NCBI GenBank assembly: GCA_038087875.1
Contig: CM075992.1
Span: 8,000,001 to 8,064,000, forward strand
DNA length: 64,000 nucleotides
Direction: 5' to 3'
Source of the DNA: Malacoraja senta
Lineage: Eukaryota
Under the pieces are notes generated by a model. It was not told where the DNA came from and did not search any database. It saw only the letters and a program-made list of their open reading frames with translations. How positions within the stretch are numbered: position 1 is the stretch's first letter; every line of letters begins with the position of its first letter. A program made the position numbers and the translations under genes. Shown piece by piece: positions 24,478 through 36,903 of this stretch.

Positions 24478-24775
24478 TCGTTTAGTTTAGAGATACAGCG
24501 CAGAAACAGGCTCTTTGGCCCACCGAGTCCGCGCCGACCAGCGATCACCCCGTACACTAGCACTATCCCACATCCACTAGGGACAATTTGCAATGTTAAC
24601 AAGCCAATTAGCCTACAAACCTGTGCATCTTTGGAACGTGGGAGGAAACCGGAGCACCCAGAGTATCCACGCGGTCACAGGGAGAATGTACAAACTCCGC
24701 AGACAGCACCTGTAGTCAGGATCTAAGCCGGGTCTCTGGTGCTGGGAGGCAGCACCTCTACCGCTGCACTGCCCA
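24478..24775 (-). mobile_element. HE1/V-SINE
   Basis: Reverse complement of the SINE consensus. Confidence 0.85.
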
Positions 24776-24944
24776 TGTTATTAAGTGCCTATGATCTTCT
24801 CTGTAAAAATCACTGCAGAACCAAGAGTCACAGCCCCAGGCATGGCAATAACACCAGAGGCAGCTGGGCAGGCTGTGTGAACAGATCTCAGGAACCAGAC
24901 CAGGGTGAGACCATCCCAGCAAACGGAAAGTTGTAAAGGCGTTA

Positions 24945-25292
24945 TGGCGGCACAGCGTTAGAATTGGCCGCGTACTGCGCCAGAGACTGGGGTTCCATCC
25001 TGACTACGGGTGCTGTCTGTGTGGAGTTTGCATGTTCTCCCCGTGACCTGCGTGGGTTTTCTCCGGGTGCTCCAGTTTCCTCCCACACTCCAAAGACGTG
25101 CAGGGTTGGAGGTTAATTGGCTTCTGCAAATTGTCGTGTGTGTGTGTGTTTGCCTGTGTGTGTGTGTGTCTGTGTGTGTTTGCCTGTGTGTGTGTGTCTG
25201 TATGTGTGTGTGTGTGTTTGCCTGTGTGTGTGTGTTTGCCTGTGTGTGTGTGTGTGTGTGTGTGTTTGCCTGTGTGTGTGTGTGTGTGTTTG

Positions 25293-25328
<36 letters not shown>

Positions 25329-25478
25329 CGTGTGTGAGATAGTGCGTGTGTGTGTGTGTGTGTTTGCGTGTGTGTGTGTGTGTGTGTGTGTGCGTGCGTG
25401 TGTGAGATAGTGCGTGTGTGTGTGTGTGTTTGCCTGTGTGTGTGTGTGTGTCTGTTTGCCTGTGTCTGTGTGTTTGCC

Positions 25479-25511
<33 letters not shown>

Positions 25512-25635
25512 GTGAGATAGTGCGTGTGTGTGTGTGTGTGTGTGTGTGAGATAGTGCGTGTGTACGGGGTGATCGCTGGTCGGCGCGGACTCGGTGGGCC
25601 AAAGGGCCTGTTTCTACACTGTACCTGTAAAGTCT
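24945..25635 (+). mobile_element. HE1/V-SINE with internal (GT)n expansion (~25135-25563)
   Basis: SINE head/V-domain, then ~430 bp of compound GT microsatellite, then SINE tail. Confidence 0.88.
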
Positions 25636-26657
25636 GAATTCAAAAAACCACACAGCTGTAATTGACAAGGATTATTCGTGAGCACACATTTTATCTTCCC
25701 CCTTTTCTTGATGAGAGCTGGCAGTGGTGTGGAGTGCTTCATGCAAACCAAAATACACTGTGGCCCCACTTTATTCTGACATTCTAAATTAAAAACTAGA
25801 TTGACACACTTTCGGAACTTAAATTTTTCTGCTCTCCTATCAACAGTTTTATTACAAAAAGATTACTGATGTTTAAAAAATAATAATTGAGGGCGTCAGT
25901 TCCTTAAACATCTTCAGCAGCTTATCTAGGTCTACGATCAGCCATAGATACCAGTAGTAACGGGTGAAGTTGGTGGTTTGCTTCTGATGGACAAAGTTTG
26001 GACACGATGCAGGAATAACATGTGTAGGATGGAACTGCAGATGCTGCTCTAAATCGAAGATAAAGAAGAATCTCGACCCAAAACGCCACCCTCTCCAGAG
26101 ATGCTGCCTGTCCCGCTGAGTTACTCCAGCATTTTGTGTCTAGCAGGAATGACATGGATAGGTGACGTTTCGGCTCGGGACCCTTTAGAATGATTGTAGT
26201 TGGAGGGGAAAAACAGGGAGAGAGGTGGGGGCGGAACAAAGCCTGGGAGTGATAGGTGGACACAAAGTGCTGGAGTAACTCAGCGGGTCAGGCAGCATCT
26301 CCGGAGAACATGGATAGGAAATATTTTTGATCGGGACCGTTCTTGATCTGCTATCAAAGAAACTCATTTGGATAATTTTTGGCAATGTATATGATCGTAA
26401 TTAATTTTCAATATGTGTTGATTTTACACTTTAGTTGTTAGTTTATTAAATTAATTGATTGGTCATCGAAACACAAGAGGGACATAACATATGAAGGAAG
26501 GAACTACAGATGCCAGTTTACACTGAAGATGAGACACTAAATGCTGGAGTAACTCAGCGGGTCAGGCAGTGGAGGGTTTGGATCCAAAACATCACCTACT
26601 CCTTTTCTCCAGAGATGCTGCCTGACCCGCTGAGACTCCAGCATCGTGTCTATCTTA

Positions 26658-26867
26658 AGGGCCTGTCCCACTTGCCGATTTTTTTGCCGACTGCCAGCAT
26701 AATTGACTGACTTATCAGGCCACCGAAAAAGTGTGATGACGTATGACGCACGGTGTTTCCGCAACATTTTTTTTGTCGCCGCTGGATTTTGAAATGTTCA
26801 AAATCTTTTGGCGACCCGGATATGACGCCGGCAGTCGGCGAAAAATTCGCCAGGTGTGACAGGCCCT
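26658..26867. mobile_element. PIF/Harbinger-type MITE (subfamily A)
   Basis: TIR AGGGCCTGTCCCACTTG; TSD TTA/TTA. Confidence 0.8.
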
Positions 26868-27501
26868 TTAGGGAGATAATATATATGGGGATTTTTGTTG
26901 TTGATAACTGTAACTTGATTGTTAATTGATCTGCATTCCAGCACCTTTTGTTCACAAAGCATTGAATAGGCTGTGGGCAGTTTACTGCAGATTAATCCTT
27001 TTGATAGTTCACAAATCCTAGTGTATCTCTCACTGACTGGATGACTGAATGGAATCAATAAACAGCCTGAAGACACAAACGGGCTGCTTTTCTGCAAGTA
27101 GTTCGTACACGCTGCTTACCAATTAAAACCGCAGGATGGTCCACTCAGCAACTAAACTCCTCGATCAAACACTGGTGGGAGGAAAAATCAACAGGCAAAA
27201 AGCAGCCTTAAGTTCAATTTGAACTCAAAGTGCTGGAGTAACTCAGTGAGTCAGGCAGCATCTCTGGAGAACATAGATAGGTGAAGCTTCACAGAGTCCC
27301 TTCTTCAGACTCTTAGCCAGAATCTAAATGAAGTCGTGCCGGCTAATGCTAAATGTCTCAAAGCTAGACAACTATTGTGCTTCCAGTTTTATTCTCTACC
27401 ATTTCTAATTTGTTCACTAGAGCAGCTAAAAGTAGATCACCCAGCACAGGAAACGCACGGAGAACGGGTCTTCTCCAGGGGATGAGAACATCACTGAACG
27501 G

Positions 27502-27904
27502 CAGGTCCACCATCGATTTTTCGGGAACTGGTGTTCCAGCATCTCCTTTAATCTGAACAAAATTACCAGAGCGTGCTTGTAATACGCCCCTGAAGTCCCC
27601 CTGGAAAATGTGGCGCCGAGGCTGGGTGAGGCGGCCGATCTCAACCTCATCGGGACTTCTGCGGCCGATCGGCGGGTTGAATTTGCCCCCCCCCCTGAGG
27701 CTGGGGTTCTGGAACTCTGGCCCGGCTGGAGCCGGCAGATCCGTTCCCATGGCCAACTTTGCGGGCCGGTATCTCGGCTCCTCGGAGGACCGTTCCGGTA
27801 CCGTTGGGCTCCTCTCGGAGGCCGTGACCTCCGTTGGTCCGGCAAAACGGACAACCCAGAATGGCTCTGGAACCAAGCGTGACGGAAAATCAGTGGTGGA
27901 CCTG
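27502..27904. mobile_element. Tc1/mariner-pogo-like MITE related to 4744-4957
   Basis: CAGGTCCACCA...TGGTGGACCTG|TA termini; shared GGTGAGG..GCCGATCTCAACCTCATC core. Confidence 0.6.
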
Positions 27905-28444
27905 TACCTGAAATTATAATCTGCTGACAATCTGAAATAAAAGTATCCTCAATGTGTATTTATCTGAGATTGTGGGAGGGTGGTGGACCTGTATTTAGTT
28001 GTGGATCTAATCTGTTCAACCATTAAGAGAGTGGGCCATCATTCTGTTTCCTATGCTGGGGGGATATGGAGAGGCAGTGGAAAGATCCAGGGGAGATCGC
28101 AAGCCTCCAATTCTAAATGTTAAGATCACGAACACGATCAGGAACTGCCGTTAAGATCACGAACACTGAAGAAATGTTCCCTTCCGATCGACATACATGG
28201 AAACCTGTACTCCGGCAACATTCCTCTGTGCAATAAATATATTGGACACTCCGCTGATCATTTAGTGTGGCGTCAATGATAAAAGCAAATATAGAAGTCT
28301 CCTTGGAACAGTTGTACTGAGTTGCTCCCGGGATCACCTCAAGGTCCTCAGGACAAGGCCTTCCCAATGTCTGGAGGCTTCCCGGAGGATTTAGTGTGGG
28401 ACACACTCAGGCAGGTGGAATCACGAGCAGCGTCCTCAACTGGG

Positions 28445-28481
28445 TCAGTTCACCAAGAGTGTCTCCTCATATGTGGTCATT
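28445..28481 (-). CDS. MCOLN1: Mucolipin-1 terminal coding exon (=human exon 14), (R)MTTYEETLLVN*
   Basis: Pyrimidine tract + CAG acceptor, phase 2, 37 nt as in human; the LLVN* ending is diagnostic of TRPML1. Confidence 0.92.
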
Positions 28482-29019
28482 CTGGAGGGGAGACAGATCG
28501 CAATTAGATTTTTCTGCATCAATACCAACATAGTACAAATTACCAACTAACCTAGTTAGAGCTGCTATCAAACACAGAGTTCCACAGGAATCTGAGCTGG
28601 GACCTCTGTGGTAGTGGTCCACCACCTGGTGGTCTGGCACATCCTTTAATCCGACAGAATTACAAGCACTTGAAATGCCCCCCCGGAAGTACCCTCGAAA
28701 ATATACTGCCTAGGCCGCTTGATCTCTTCTCATCGGGACTTCCACAGCGATCGGCCGATCAAATTTGCTCCCTGATGCCGAGGCTCTGCAACTCTGGCCC
28801 AACCGTTCCCATAGCCGGCTTCCGAGGCCGACTTTGCAGGCCGGTATCTGGGACTGGGTGGATTTGGCAGGCAAAAGCTCTCTCGAGCCCAATCGCGAAC
28901 CATTTTAACTCCCCTTCTTGTTCCCATGCCGAGCTTCCTGTCCTGGGCCTCCTCCACTGCCAGAGCAAGGCCACATGCAAACGCTGCCGCCCAGAGCACA
29001 ACGCGCTCTGCATCAGCGC

Positions 29020-29430
29020 CCCCTAGAGCCATAACACAGCGCCCCCCAGAGCCACTGCGCCCCCCGCAACACAGTGCCCCCTAGAGCCCCCCCCACACAG
29101 ACACAGCAGCCCCCCTCCACAGACACAGCAGCCCCTCCCCCAGAGACACAGCGCCCGCCCCCCCCACAGACACAGCAGCCCCCCTCCACAGACACAGCAG
29201 CCCCCCTCCAGACACAGCCCCCCCTCCAGACACAGCCCCCCCCAGACACAGCAACCCCCCTCCACACACACAGCCCTCCCCCTCCCACAGACACAGCAGC
29301 CCCTCTCCCACAGACACAGCCCCCCCTCCCACAGACACAGCAGCCCCTCTCCCACAGACACAGCAGCCCCTCCCACAGACACAGCCCCCCCCCTCCACAG
29401 ACACAGCAGGCCCCAGAGCACAGCGCCCCC
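29020..29430. repeat. GC-rich minisatellite (CCCCCCTCCACAGACACAGCAG-like units) in MCOLN1 last intron
   Basis: Repeated ~19-23-nt units next to the exon 13 donor. Confidence 0.9.
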
Positions 29431-29445
29431 CTGCTCCCTCCTCAC

Positions 29446-29576
29446 CTGTCGCAGCAGCAAAACAAGGAGCAGACCGAGCTCTCCACCTCGCGGAACTTTC
29501 CAGAGTTGGGAGCATCCGTGCACTCCGCGATGAACTCACGCAGCTCTATGGGATGGACCCCACTGATCCCGTGGTG
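29446..29576 (-). CDS. MCOLN1: Mucolipin-1 exon (=human exon 13)
   Basis: HHGISGVHPIELREFIAECTDAPNSGKFREVESSVCSLFCCCD; CAG/GTGAGG; 131 nt. Confidence 0.93.
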
Positions 29577-29879
29577 CTGAAACAGACCAATAACAAAGAT
29601 AATAATCACACTGGTTCACTGGCAACATGTCAGATGGAGACACCAACACATCACTAAAACCTGGAGTAACTCAGCGGGTCGGACAGCATCTCTGGAGAAC
29701 AGGAATAGGTGACGTTTCAGGTCTGAAGAAGGGTCTCGTCCCGAAACGTCACCTATTCTTTTTCTCCAGAGATGCTGCCTATCCCGCTGAGTTACTCCAG
29801 CTTTTTGTGTCTACAATCTACTGAAACTCATTGAATCTCAGCAGTACTGATCATTTGTACACAAGGAGTGAATGCTTTA

Positions 29880-30575
29880 AGCCCCTGTCCCACTTACGTG
29901 TCCTTGGCACGCTAATTACCCGACCTCGTGGTCGCGTTGAGGCGCGACAATCCCGCAAAGGTTGCGCGCGACTTCATGCGCCCGCACAGCCGTCTGAAGC
30001 ACGTGACGTCATTTGAAGATGGACACAAAATGCTGGAGTAACTCTGTGGGACCGGCAGCATCTCTGGAGAGAAGCAAAGGGTGATGTTTCGGGTCGAGAC
30101 TCTTCTTCAGTCTGAAAGAAGGGTCTTGACCCGAAACGTCATCCATTCCTTCTCTCCAGAGTTGCTGCCGGTCCCGCAGAGTTACTCCAGCATTTTGTGT
30201 CTATCTTCAACTTTCTTGGCCCCGCTCTGGGAGTAGAAGTGGGGGCGGATCCAGATCTGCAACGGCCGTGAGCCCCAGGCCGAGCTCGGCGATCGTTTGG
30301 CTGCTTCTGCTGCTGTTGGAGGTGAGACGTTGCATCGTGCCAGGGTCTTGGGCCTGTCCCACTTTGGCCGTCAGTTACGCGACAGGCCGTTGGCGCGCGA
30401 GGATTTTGTTCGCTACAAAATTTCGGAGCGCTGCGCGATACCGCGCACAACACCATACCCCTCCGCGCATCTCAGTGGGACCGGCCCCGTGCGGCCACAC
30501 GATGCCCGTGCGCCTTAACGCGGCGACGAGGTCGCGTAATTTGCGTGCCAAGGACACGTAAGTGGGACAGGGCCT
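29880..30575. mobile_element. PIF/Harbinger-type MITE containing a Penelope-derived palindrome (~30013-30210)
   Basis: Long TIRs AG(C/G)CCCTGTCCCACTTACGTGTCCTTGGCACGC; flanks TTA/TAA; extra internal TIR-like motif at ~30351. Confidence 0.78.
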
Positions 30576-30737
30576 TAAGTCTCGAGGTGACGTTTGGGCT
30601 GAGGGCGAGAATGACAAAGGGGAAGCTAGTTGAAGCACATTAGCCAGCGATCAATCACATTTGATACAACAGCACCCCCGTGTGGTTGGAGTGAAATAGC
30701 CACCCATACAAGTTCACCCAGTTGGTCACAAGGAGAA

Positions 30738-31017
30738 TTTAGTTTAGTTCAGAGATACAGCGCGGAAACAAGCCCGTTGGCCCACCAAGTCCACGCCGAC
30801 CAGTGATCCCCGCACACTAACACTATCCTACACACACCAAGTCGATTAACCTACAAACCTGCACGTCTTTGGAGTGTGGGAGGAAACCTGAGCTCCTGGA
30901 GAAAACCCACACAGGTCATGGGGAGAACGTACAAACTCCTCACAGACAAGCACCTGTATTCAGGATTGAACCCGGGTCTCTGGCGCTGTTGGGCAGCAAC
31001 TCTACCATTGTGCCACG
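30738..31017 (-). mobile_element. HE1/V-SINE
   Basis: Reverse complement of the SINE consensus. Confidence 0.85.
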
Positions 31018-31019
31018 AG

Positions 31020-31490
31020 AAGGAGTAACTCAGCAGGCCAGGAGGCATCTTGGGAGAAAAGTTATGGGCGGCGTTTCAGGTTGAAATCCTTCTTCAGACT
31101 GCGAGTCAGGGGAGAGGGAAACTAGAGGTATGAAAAGTTACAAAGTAATCAAAGAGCCGGCACCAATGATCAAGGAAAGGTGGAGCCCACAATGGTCCAT
31201 TGTTGGCTGTGGAAGGGGTGATAACGAAGGGATATATGGATGCGAACAGTGGGACTAGCAGGATGACTAGGGTGGGGGAGGGATGGAGAGAGAGGGGATG
31301 CAGGGGTTACTTGAAGTTAGAGAAATCAATGTTCATACCGCTCAAGCAAAATATGAGATGCTGTTCCTCCAATTTGCGCTGGGCCTCACTCTGTCAGTGG
31401 AGGAGGCCCAGGAAAGATAGGTCAGTGCGGAAAGGGGAGTTGAAATGTTTGACAACCGGGAAATTGCGTAGGCCAAGGTGGACTGGGCGT
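31020..31490 (-). mobile_element. Penelope-like 3' fragment
   Basis: HFNSP..TDLSFLGLLH endonuclease C-terminus plus terminal repeat. Confidence 0.75.
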
Positions 31491-32137
31491 AGACGACCCA
31501 TTGTATTGTCAAACGCAGGACTTCTGTCACAACGCCCGAAGAGAGGAAGTAGAAGCAAAGAACTGCAGGTGCTGGCTAATGCACTAAAGGACACAAAGTG
31601 CTGGAGCAACTCAGCGGGTCAGGCAGCATCTGTTACTCCAGCACCGTGTCCTGAGAAGAGAGGATGTATGCTTACCGATGTTCAACTCACAAGTTCACAA
31701 GTTACAGGAGTTAGAATTAGCCCATTCGGCCCATTGAGTCTTCACCGCCATTCAATCATGAAGAAGGGTCTCGACCCGAAACGTCACCCATTCCTTCTCT
31801 CCAGAGATGCTGCCTGTCCTGCTGAGTTACTCCAGCTTTTTGTGTCTCTCTTCGGTTTAAACCAGCATCTGCTGTTCCTTCCTACACATTCAATCATGGC
31901 TGATCTCTGCCTCCTAATCCCATTTTCCCGCCTACTCCCCATAACCCTTGACTGAGGCAACACTCAGGCCTGAGTCTAGTGGTATATGGGAATTCAGAAT
32001 TTCCCTTTCTGCATATTATGTCTGCGCAGCCTGGGCCTGGTCCAATGTTACCTGTTCTTCCATCCACCCTCCTCCCTCCCGCTTCACCTTGAAGGCTTCT
32101 GAGCCACCCGCCAAATTTAACGCTCCGTCCTGATAGA

Positions 32138-32675
32138 GGGCGGCACGGAGGCGCGGCGGTAGAGTTGCTGCCTAAAGGGCCTGTCCCACTTTCACGAGCT
32201 AATTCACGACCTCTGCCGAGTTTGCCCTTGACTCATACTCGCAGCATGGTCGTCACAAGGTCGTAGGAGGTCGTTGGTAGTTTGTGATGCTAGTCGTAGG
32301 TACTCGTGGCATCAAGTAGGTGGGGACCTTATTCTAGCGTGATGAAAACACGAGTAAAAAATGTTGTGAATTAGGCCGTGAAAGTGGGACAGGCCCTTTA
32401 CAGCGCTTTACAGCGCCGGAGACCCGGGTTCCGTCCTGACTACGGGTGCGGTCTGTACAGAGTTTGTACCCGCGTGGGTTTTCCCCGAGATCTTCGGTTT
32501 CCTCCCACACTCCAAAGACGTGCAGGTTTGTCGGTTAATTGGCTTGGTTTTGTATACTTGGTATAAGTGTAAATTGTCCCTAGTGTGTGTGGGGTAGTGC
32601 GGGGATCGCTGGTCGGCACGGACTCGGTGGGCTGAAGGGCCTGTTTCCGCGCTGTATCGCTAAACGAAACGAAAC
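32138..32675 (+). mobile_element. HE1/V-SINE carrying a Harbinger-type MITE (32176-32397)
   Basis: The SINE sequence GCC-TTA-CAGCGC is interrupted by AGGGCCTGTCCCACTTTCACG...CGTGAAAGTGGGACAGGCCCT with flanks TAA/TTA. Confidence 0.85.
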
Positions 32676-32689
32676 GTGCGGCTACAAAC

Positions 32690-32896
32690 CTTGACGGCTT
32701 CATAGGAGCCAGTGATGAGGGCGATGAAGAGGCTGAGCACCATGTAGATGAAGAGGCTGATGAAGCTGTACAGGTAGACCTGGCTGAACAACCAAACCAG
32801 CGTACTCTTCTGCCGCATGTGTGCGAACGTCACAAACATGTCGTCCCCGTTGATGAGCGAGAACAAACACTCCGAGACCATCGAGAGCGTTCGGAA
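32690..32896 (-). CDS. MCOLN1: Mucolipin-1 pore/S6 exon (=human exon 12)
   Basis: [24 protein letters not shown]...[26 protein letters not shown]; selectivity filter NGDD; CAG/GT; 207 nt. Confidence 0.97.
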
Positions 32897-34285
32897 CTGC
32901 AAGGCGACAAAGAGATTTACTTAAGAGACTTTCAGATAGGCATAAATAGCAAGGAACTGCAGATGCTGGTTTAAACCGAAGATAGACACAAAATGGTGGA
33001 GCAACTCAGTGGGACAGGCAGCATCTTTGGATAGAAGGAATGGGTGACATTTCGGGTCGAGACCCTTCTTCAGACTACAGGCATATGGGTATGCAGGAAA
33101 TGGAGGAATAGTTTAATTTTAGAGACAGCATGGAAATAGGCCGTTCAGCCCACCGATCACCTGTACATCAGTCTGAAGAAGGGTCTGGACCCGAAACGTC
33201 ACCCATTCCTTCTCTCCAGAGATGCTGCCTGTCCCGCTGAGTTACTCCAGCATTTTGTGTCTACTTGTACATTAGCCCTATCCTACACATTTTCAGAAGC
33301 CAATTAACCTACAAACCCGCACGGCTTTGGAGTGTGAGAGGAAACCAGAGCACCCGGAGAGAACCCACGCGGACACAGGGAGAACGTACAAACTCCGTAG
33401 ACGTATTGCCTCCGTACTGAGGTAAGGATTGAAGCCGGGTGTCTGGTGCTGTAAGGCAGCAACTCTACCGATGCACCACTGAGCCACCCAGCTACGATAG
33501 GAGTGTGTGGCGCCTTCATGCCCATGTTGGTTTTGCATACAGGCTCAGCAGCCTCACAACAAGGCCCAGCCACCAGAGCTCAATAACAACTCCAAGGTCA
33601 GACGCATTAATTGGTCTTATCTGCACACGGGTTATGATTGGCGAGAATGTAGGTAAAAGGGGCTTGTGGAATAAACGTGACACAAGGTGTCTCAAGTCAA
33701 GTCAAGAGAGTTTATTGACATGTTCATTGTCCAGATAGGACAATGAAATTCTTGCTTGCTGCAGCACAACAGAATATTGTAGGCATAATACAGAACAGAT
33801 CAGTGTGTCTATATAGCATGTTCAAGAAGGAACTGCAGATGCTGGAAAATCGAAGGTAGACAAAAATGCTGGAGAAACTCAGCGGGTGCGGCAGTGAAGG
33901 AAATAGGCAACGTTTCGGGCCCAAAACGTTGCCTTTTTCCTTCGCTCCATAGATGCTGCTGCACCCGCTGAGTTTCTCCAGCATTTTTGTCTATATACAG
34001 TAGCATGGTCTGGCTCAGCTAAGTGTCGTTTGTTCTTTGTTTTCTGTCGTGGGATTCAGTAGATCCTACAAGTTGGTCTTGGCATCCTATTGGGCTCAGA
34101 CATTTGTGGGCCGAAGGGCCTGTTCCTGTGCTGTTACTGTTCTAAGCTATCATGTTTACCAGACCCCTGCCTCCTGTGAGTCTGGGTGGTAACACTCCCA
34201 CTATTCATCTACCAGCCCATGCAAGATGACAGCCTGCCTCATTCATAATTTCTCTCACATGAACCAACTTTGAGGAACTATGAGT

Positions 34286-34604
34286 GGGCGGCCACGGTGG
34301 CGCAGCGGTAGAGTTGCTGCCTTACAGCGCTTGCAGCGCCGGAGACCCAGGTTCGATCCCGACTACGGGTGCTGTCTGTACGCAGTTTGTACGTTCTCCC
34401 CGTGACCTGCGTGGGTTTTCTCCGAGATCTTCGCTTTCCTCCCACATTCCAAAGACGTGCAGGTTTGTAGGTTAATTGGTTTGGCGTATGTGTAAAATGG
34501 CCCTAGTGTGTGTAGGATGGTGTTAATGTGCGGGGATCGCTGGTCGGTGCGGACTCGGTGGGCCGAAGGGCCTGTTGCTGCGCTGTATCTCTAAACTAAA
34601 CTAC
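34286..34604 (+). mobile_element. Full-length HE1/V-SINE
   Basis: A box TGGCGCAGCGG, B box GGTTCGATCCC, V-domain GTTTGTACGTTCTCCCCGTG..TTTCCTCCCACA, LINE-like tail with (CTAAA)n. Confidence 0.9.
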
Positions 34605-35589
34605 ATTATTTTACCCAGAATTACATTAACTCAAACTAACAGAGAACTTTAGTATGTTTCAGAAAGAACTGCAGATGCTGGAAAAATCGAAGGGAGACAA
34701 AAAATGCTGGAGAAACTCAACGGGTGAGGCAGCATCTACGGAGAGAAGGAATTGGCGACGTTTCGGGTCGAGACCCTTCTTTAGTATAATTAACTACAAA
34801 TAACTTTAGTACGGTTAGACATTCCCTTACACGGGGAGGTATGGTGGCAGCAACATGTAGGAGGTTGAGAGGAGGGGTGGGTGGATAGACCTCTGGGCTG
34901 TAGGTGGGTGGTTTAGGGAAGGATTAGTGCGGAACCGCAGAGATTGTAATCTTGTGGAGAACACCAAGAGCTTGAGCACCTCAGCGGGTCAGGCAGCATC
35001 TCTGGAGGACATGGATAGGTGACGTTACGGGTTGCCATTCTTCAGACTCTATCTGTCGCCTATCCACAGACGCTGCCTGACTTGCTGAGAAGAGGGGAGA
35101 GCTGGAAGATGGAGGAGGGGGCGGCATAGTGGTGCAGCAGTAGAGTTACTGCCTCACAGCGCCAGAGACAGGGGTTCGATCCGGATTACGGGTGCTGCCT
35201 GGTCAGAGTTTGTACGCTCTCCCTGTGACAGCGAGGGTTTTCTCCGGGTGCTCAGTTTTCCTCCCACACTCCAAAGGCGCACAGGTTTGTGCAAAATGGC
35301 CCTAGTGCGTAGGGGCTGTATGGGGTGATCGCTGGTCAGTGTGGACCCGGTGGGCCGAAGGGCCTGTTTCTGCGCTGTATCTCTCAAGTCTAAAGGCAGG
35401 GCATGTATTCCCTGCAACATCTTGGCTGCCCAGAGGCCTCCCACATTCAGCGAAAACATATTAGGTTCTCAGTGAATCAGGCAGCATCTGTTGAGCAAAT
35501 GGACAGAAAAGATGTCTGTCCATTCCCTCTGAAGATGCTGCCTGAGATGATTTTTGCTCAAGATTTCAGCATCTACAGTCTCTTGTGTC

Positions 35590-36390
35590 TCTAACTTTTC
35601 AGCCAGCTGATTTGAACAAGTTTAAAATCATGAGAGGAATAGATTGGGTCGACGCACTGTGGGGAGAAGGGGTGTTGTTTGAGGCATAACTGGCTGCTAG
35701 AATGGCTGCCACAGAATGCATCAGTTGTGGAGAGAACAGAGGGTCGCAAGGTACATAGATACATAGACAATAGGTGCAGGAATAGGTCATTCGGCCCTTC
35801 GAGCCAGCACCGCCATTCACTGTGATCATGGCTGATCATTCCCAATCAGTACCCCGTTCCTGCCTTCTCCCCATATCCCCTGACTCCGCTATCTTTAAGA
35901 GCCCTATCTAGCTCTCTCTTGAAAGTATCTAGAGAACCGGCCTCCACCGCCCTCTGAGGCAGAGAATTCCACAGGCTCACAACTCTCTGTGAGCAAGTGT
36001 TTCCTCATCTCCGTTTTAAATGGCTTACCTCTTATTCTTAAACTGTGGCCCCTGGCTCTGGACTCCCCCAACATCGAGAACATGTTTCCTGGCTCTAGCG
36101 TGTCCAAACCCTTAACAATCTTACATGTTTCAATAAGATCACCTCTCATCCTTCTAAACTCCAGAGTGTACAAGCCCAGCCGCTCCATTCTCTCAGCATA
36201 TGACAGTCCCGCCATCCCGGGAATTAACCTTGTGAACCTACGCTGCACTCCCTCAATAGGTGCAGGAGTAGGCCATTTGGCCCTTCGAGCCAGAGTGATT
36301 GTGGGTGATCATGGCTGATCACCCACAATCAGTATCCCCATTCCTGCCTTCTCCCCATACCCCTTGATCCCGCTAGCCCTGAGAACTCTA
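35590..36390 (-). mobile_element. CR1 3' fragments
   Basis: ORF 35904-36248 [23 protein letters not shown]. Confidence 0.85.
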
Positions 36391-36780
36391 AAGGTGAAAG
36401 GCAATGGAGTTTAGCCATACAGCGCAGAAACAGGCCCTTTGGGCCAGAATCCGATCTGCCCAGCGATCACCCCGTACCCCCGCAATATACTACTATTCCA
36501 CACACTGGGGACAATTTTACATTTTTAACAAAGCTAAATAATCTACAAACGTGTACGTTTTTGGAGTGTGGGGGGGAAATCGGAGCACTCAGTGAAAACT
36601 CATGCGAGAATGTACAAACTCCGTACAGACAGCACCCGTAGTTAGGATGGAACCCGGGTCTCTGGCGCTGTGAGCGCAGCAACACGATTGCTGCACCACC
36701 GTGCCGCCCTAAAGCTCCAACAGCAGTTCAGTCTCCTTTTCTTCCACTCCCTTTACTCTGAGAGCGTCCCCCCAACGTAC

Positions 36781-36903
36781 CTTGTCGTGATAAGGGCCCA
36801 GCACTATCCACCCGCAGAAGCAGTAACCCATGTAGATGACAGCAACGCAGCAGCAGAAGCGGATCACATTCGGGAAGGCGGCTCGGAGAGTTACGATGAG
36901 GAT
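36781..36903 (-). CDS. MCOLN1: Mucolipin-1 S5 exon (=human exon 11)
   Basis: [50 protein letters not shown]; 123 nt. Confidence 0.96.

Noticed and set aside
24958..25668. His/Thr- and Cys/Val-repeat ORFs
   Set aside because: Translations of the (GT)n microsatellite.
25922..25990. HPLLLVS peptide as candidate MCOLN1 last exon
   Set aside because: Out of frame with the available acceptors; 28445-28481 fits in phase, length and LLVN* sequence.
27364..27930. 188-aa ORF
   Set aside because: Lies in a GC-rich MITE with related copies elsewhere in the window; no recognisable domain.
28119..28167. Two 17-bp direct repeats GTTAAGATCACGAACAC with a short spacer (CRISPR-like look)
   Set aside because: Only two copies in vertebrate UTR-like sequence; a small local duplication.
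34286..34365. tRNA gene-like A/B boxes
   Set aside because: tRNA-derived head of a V-SINE, continuous with the V-domain and LINE tail.
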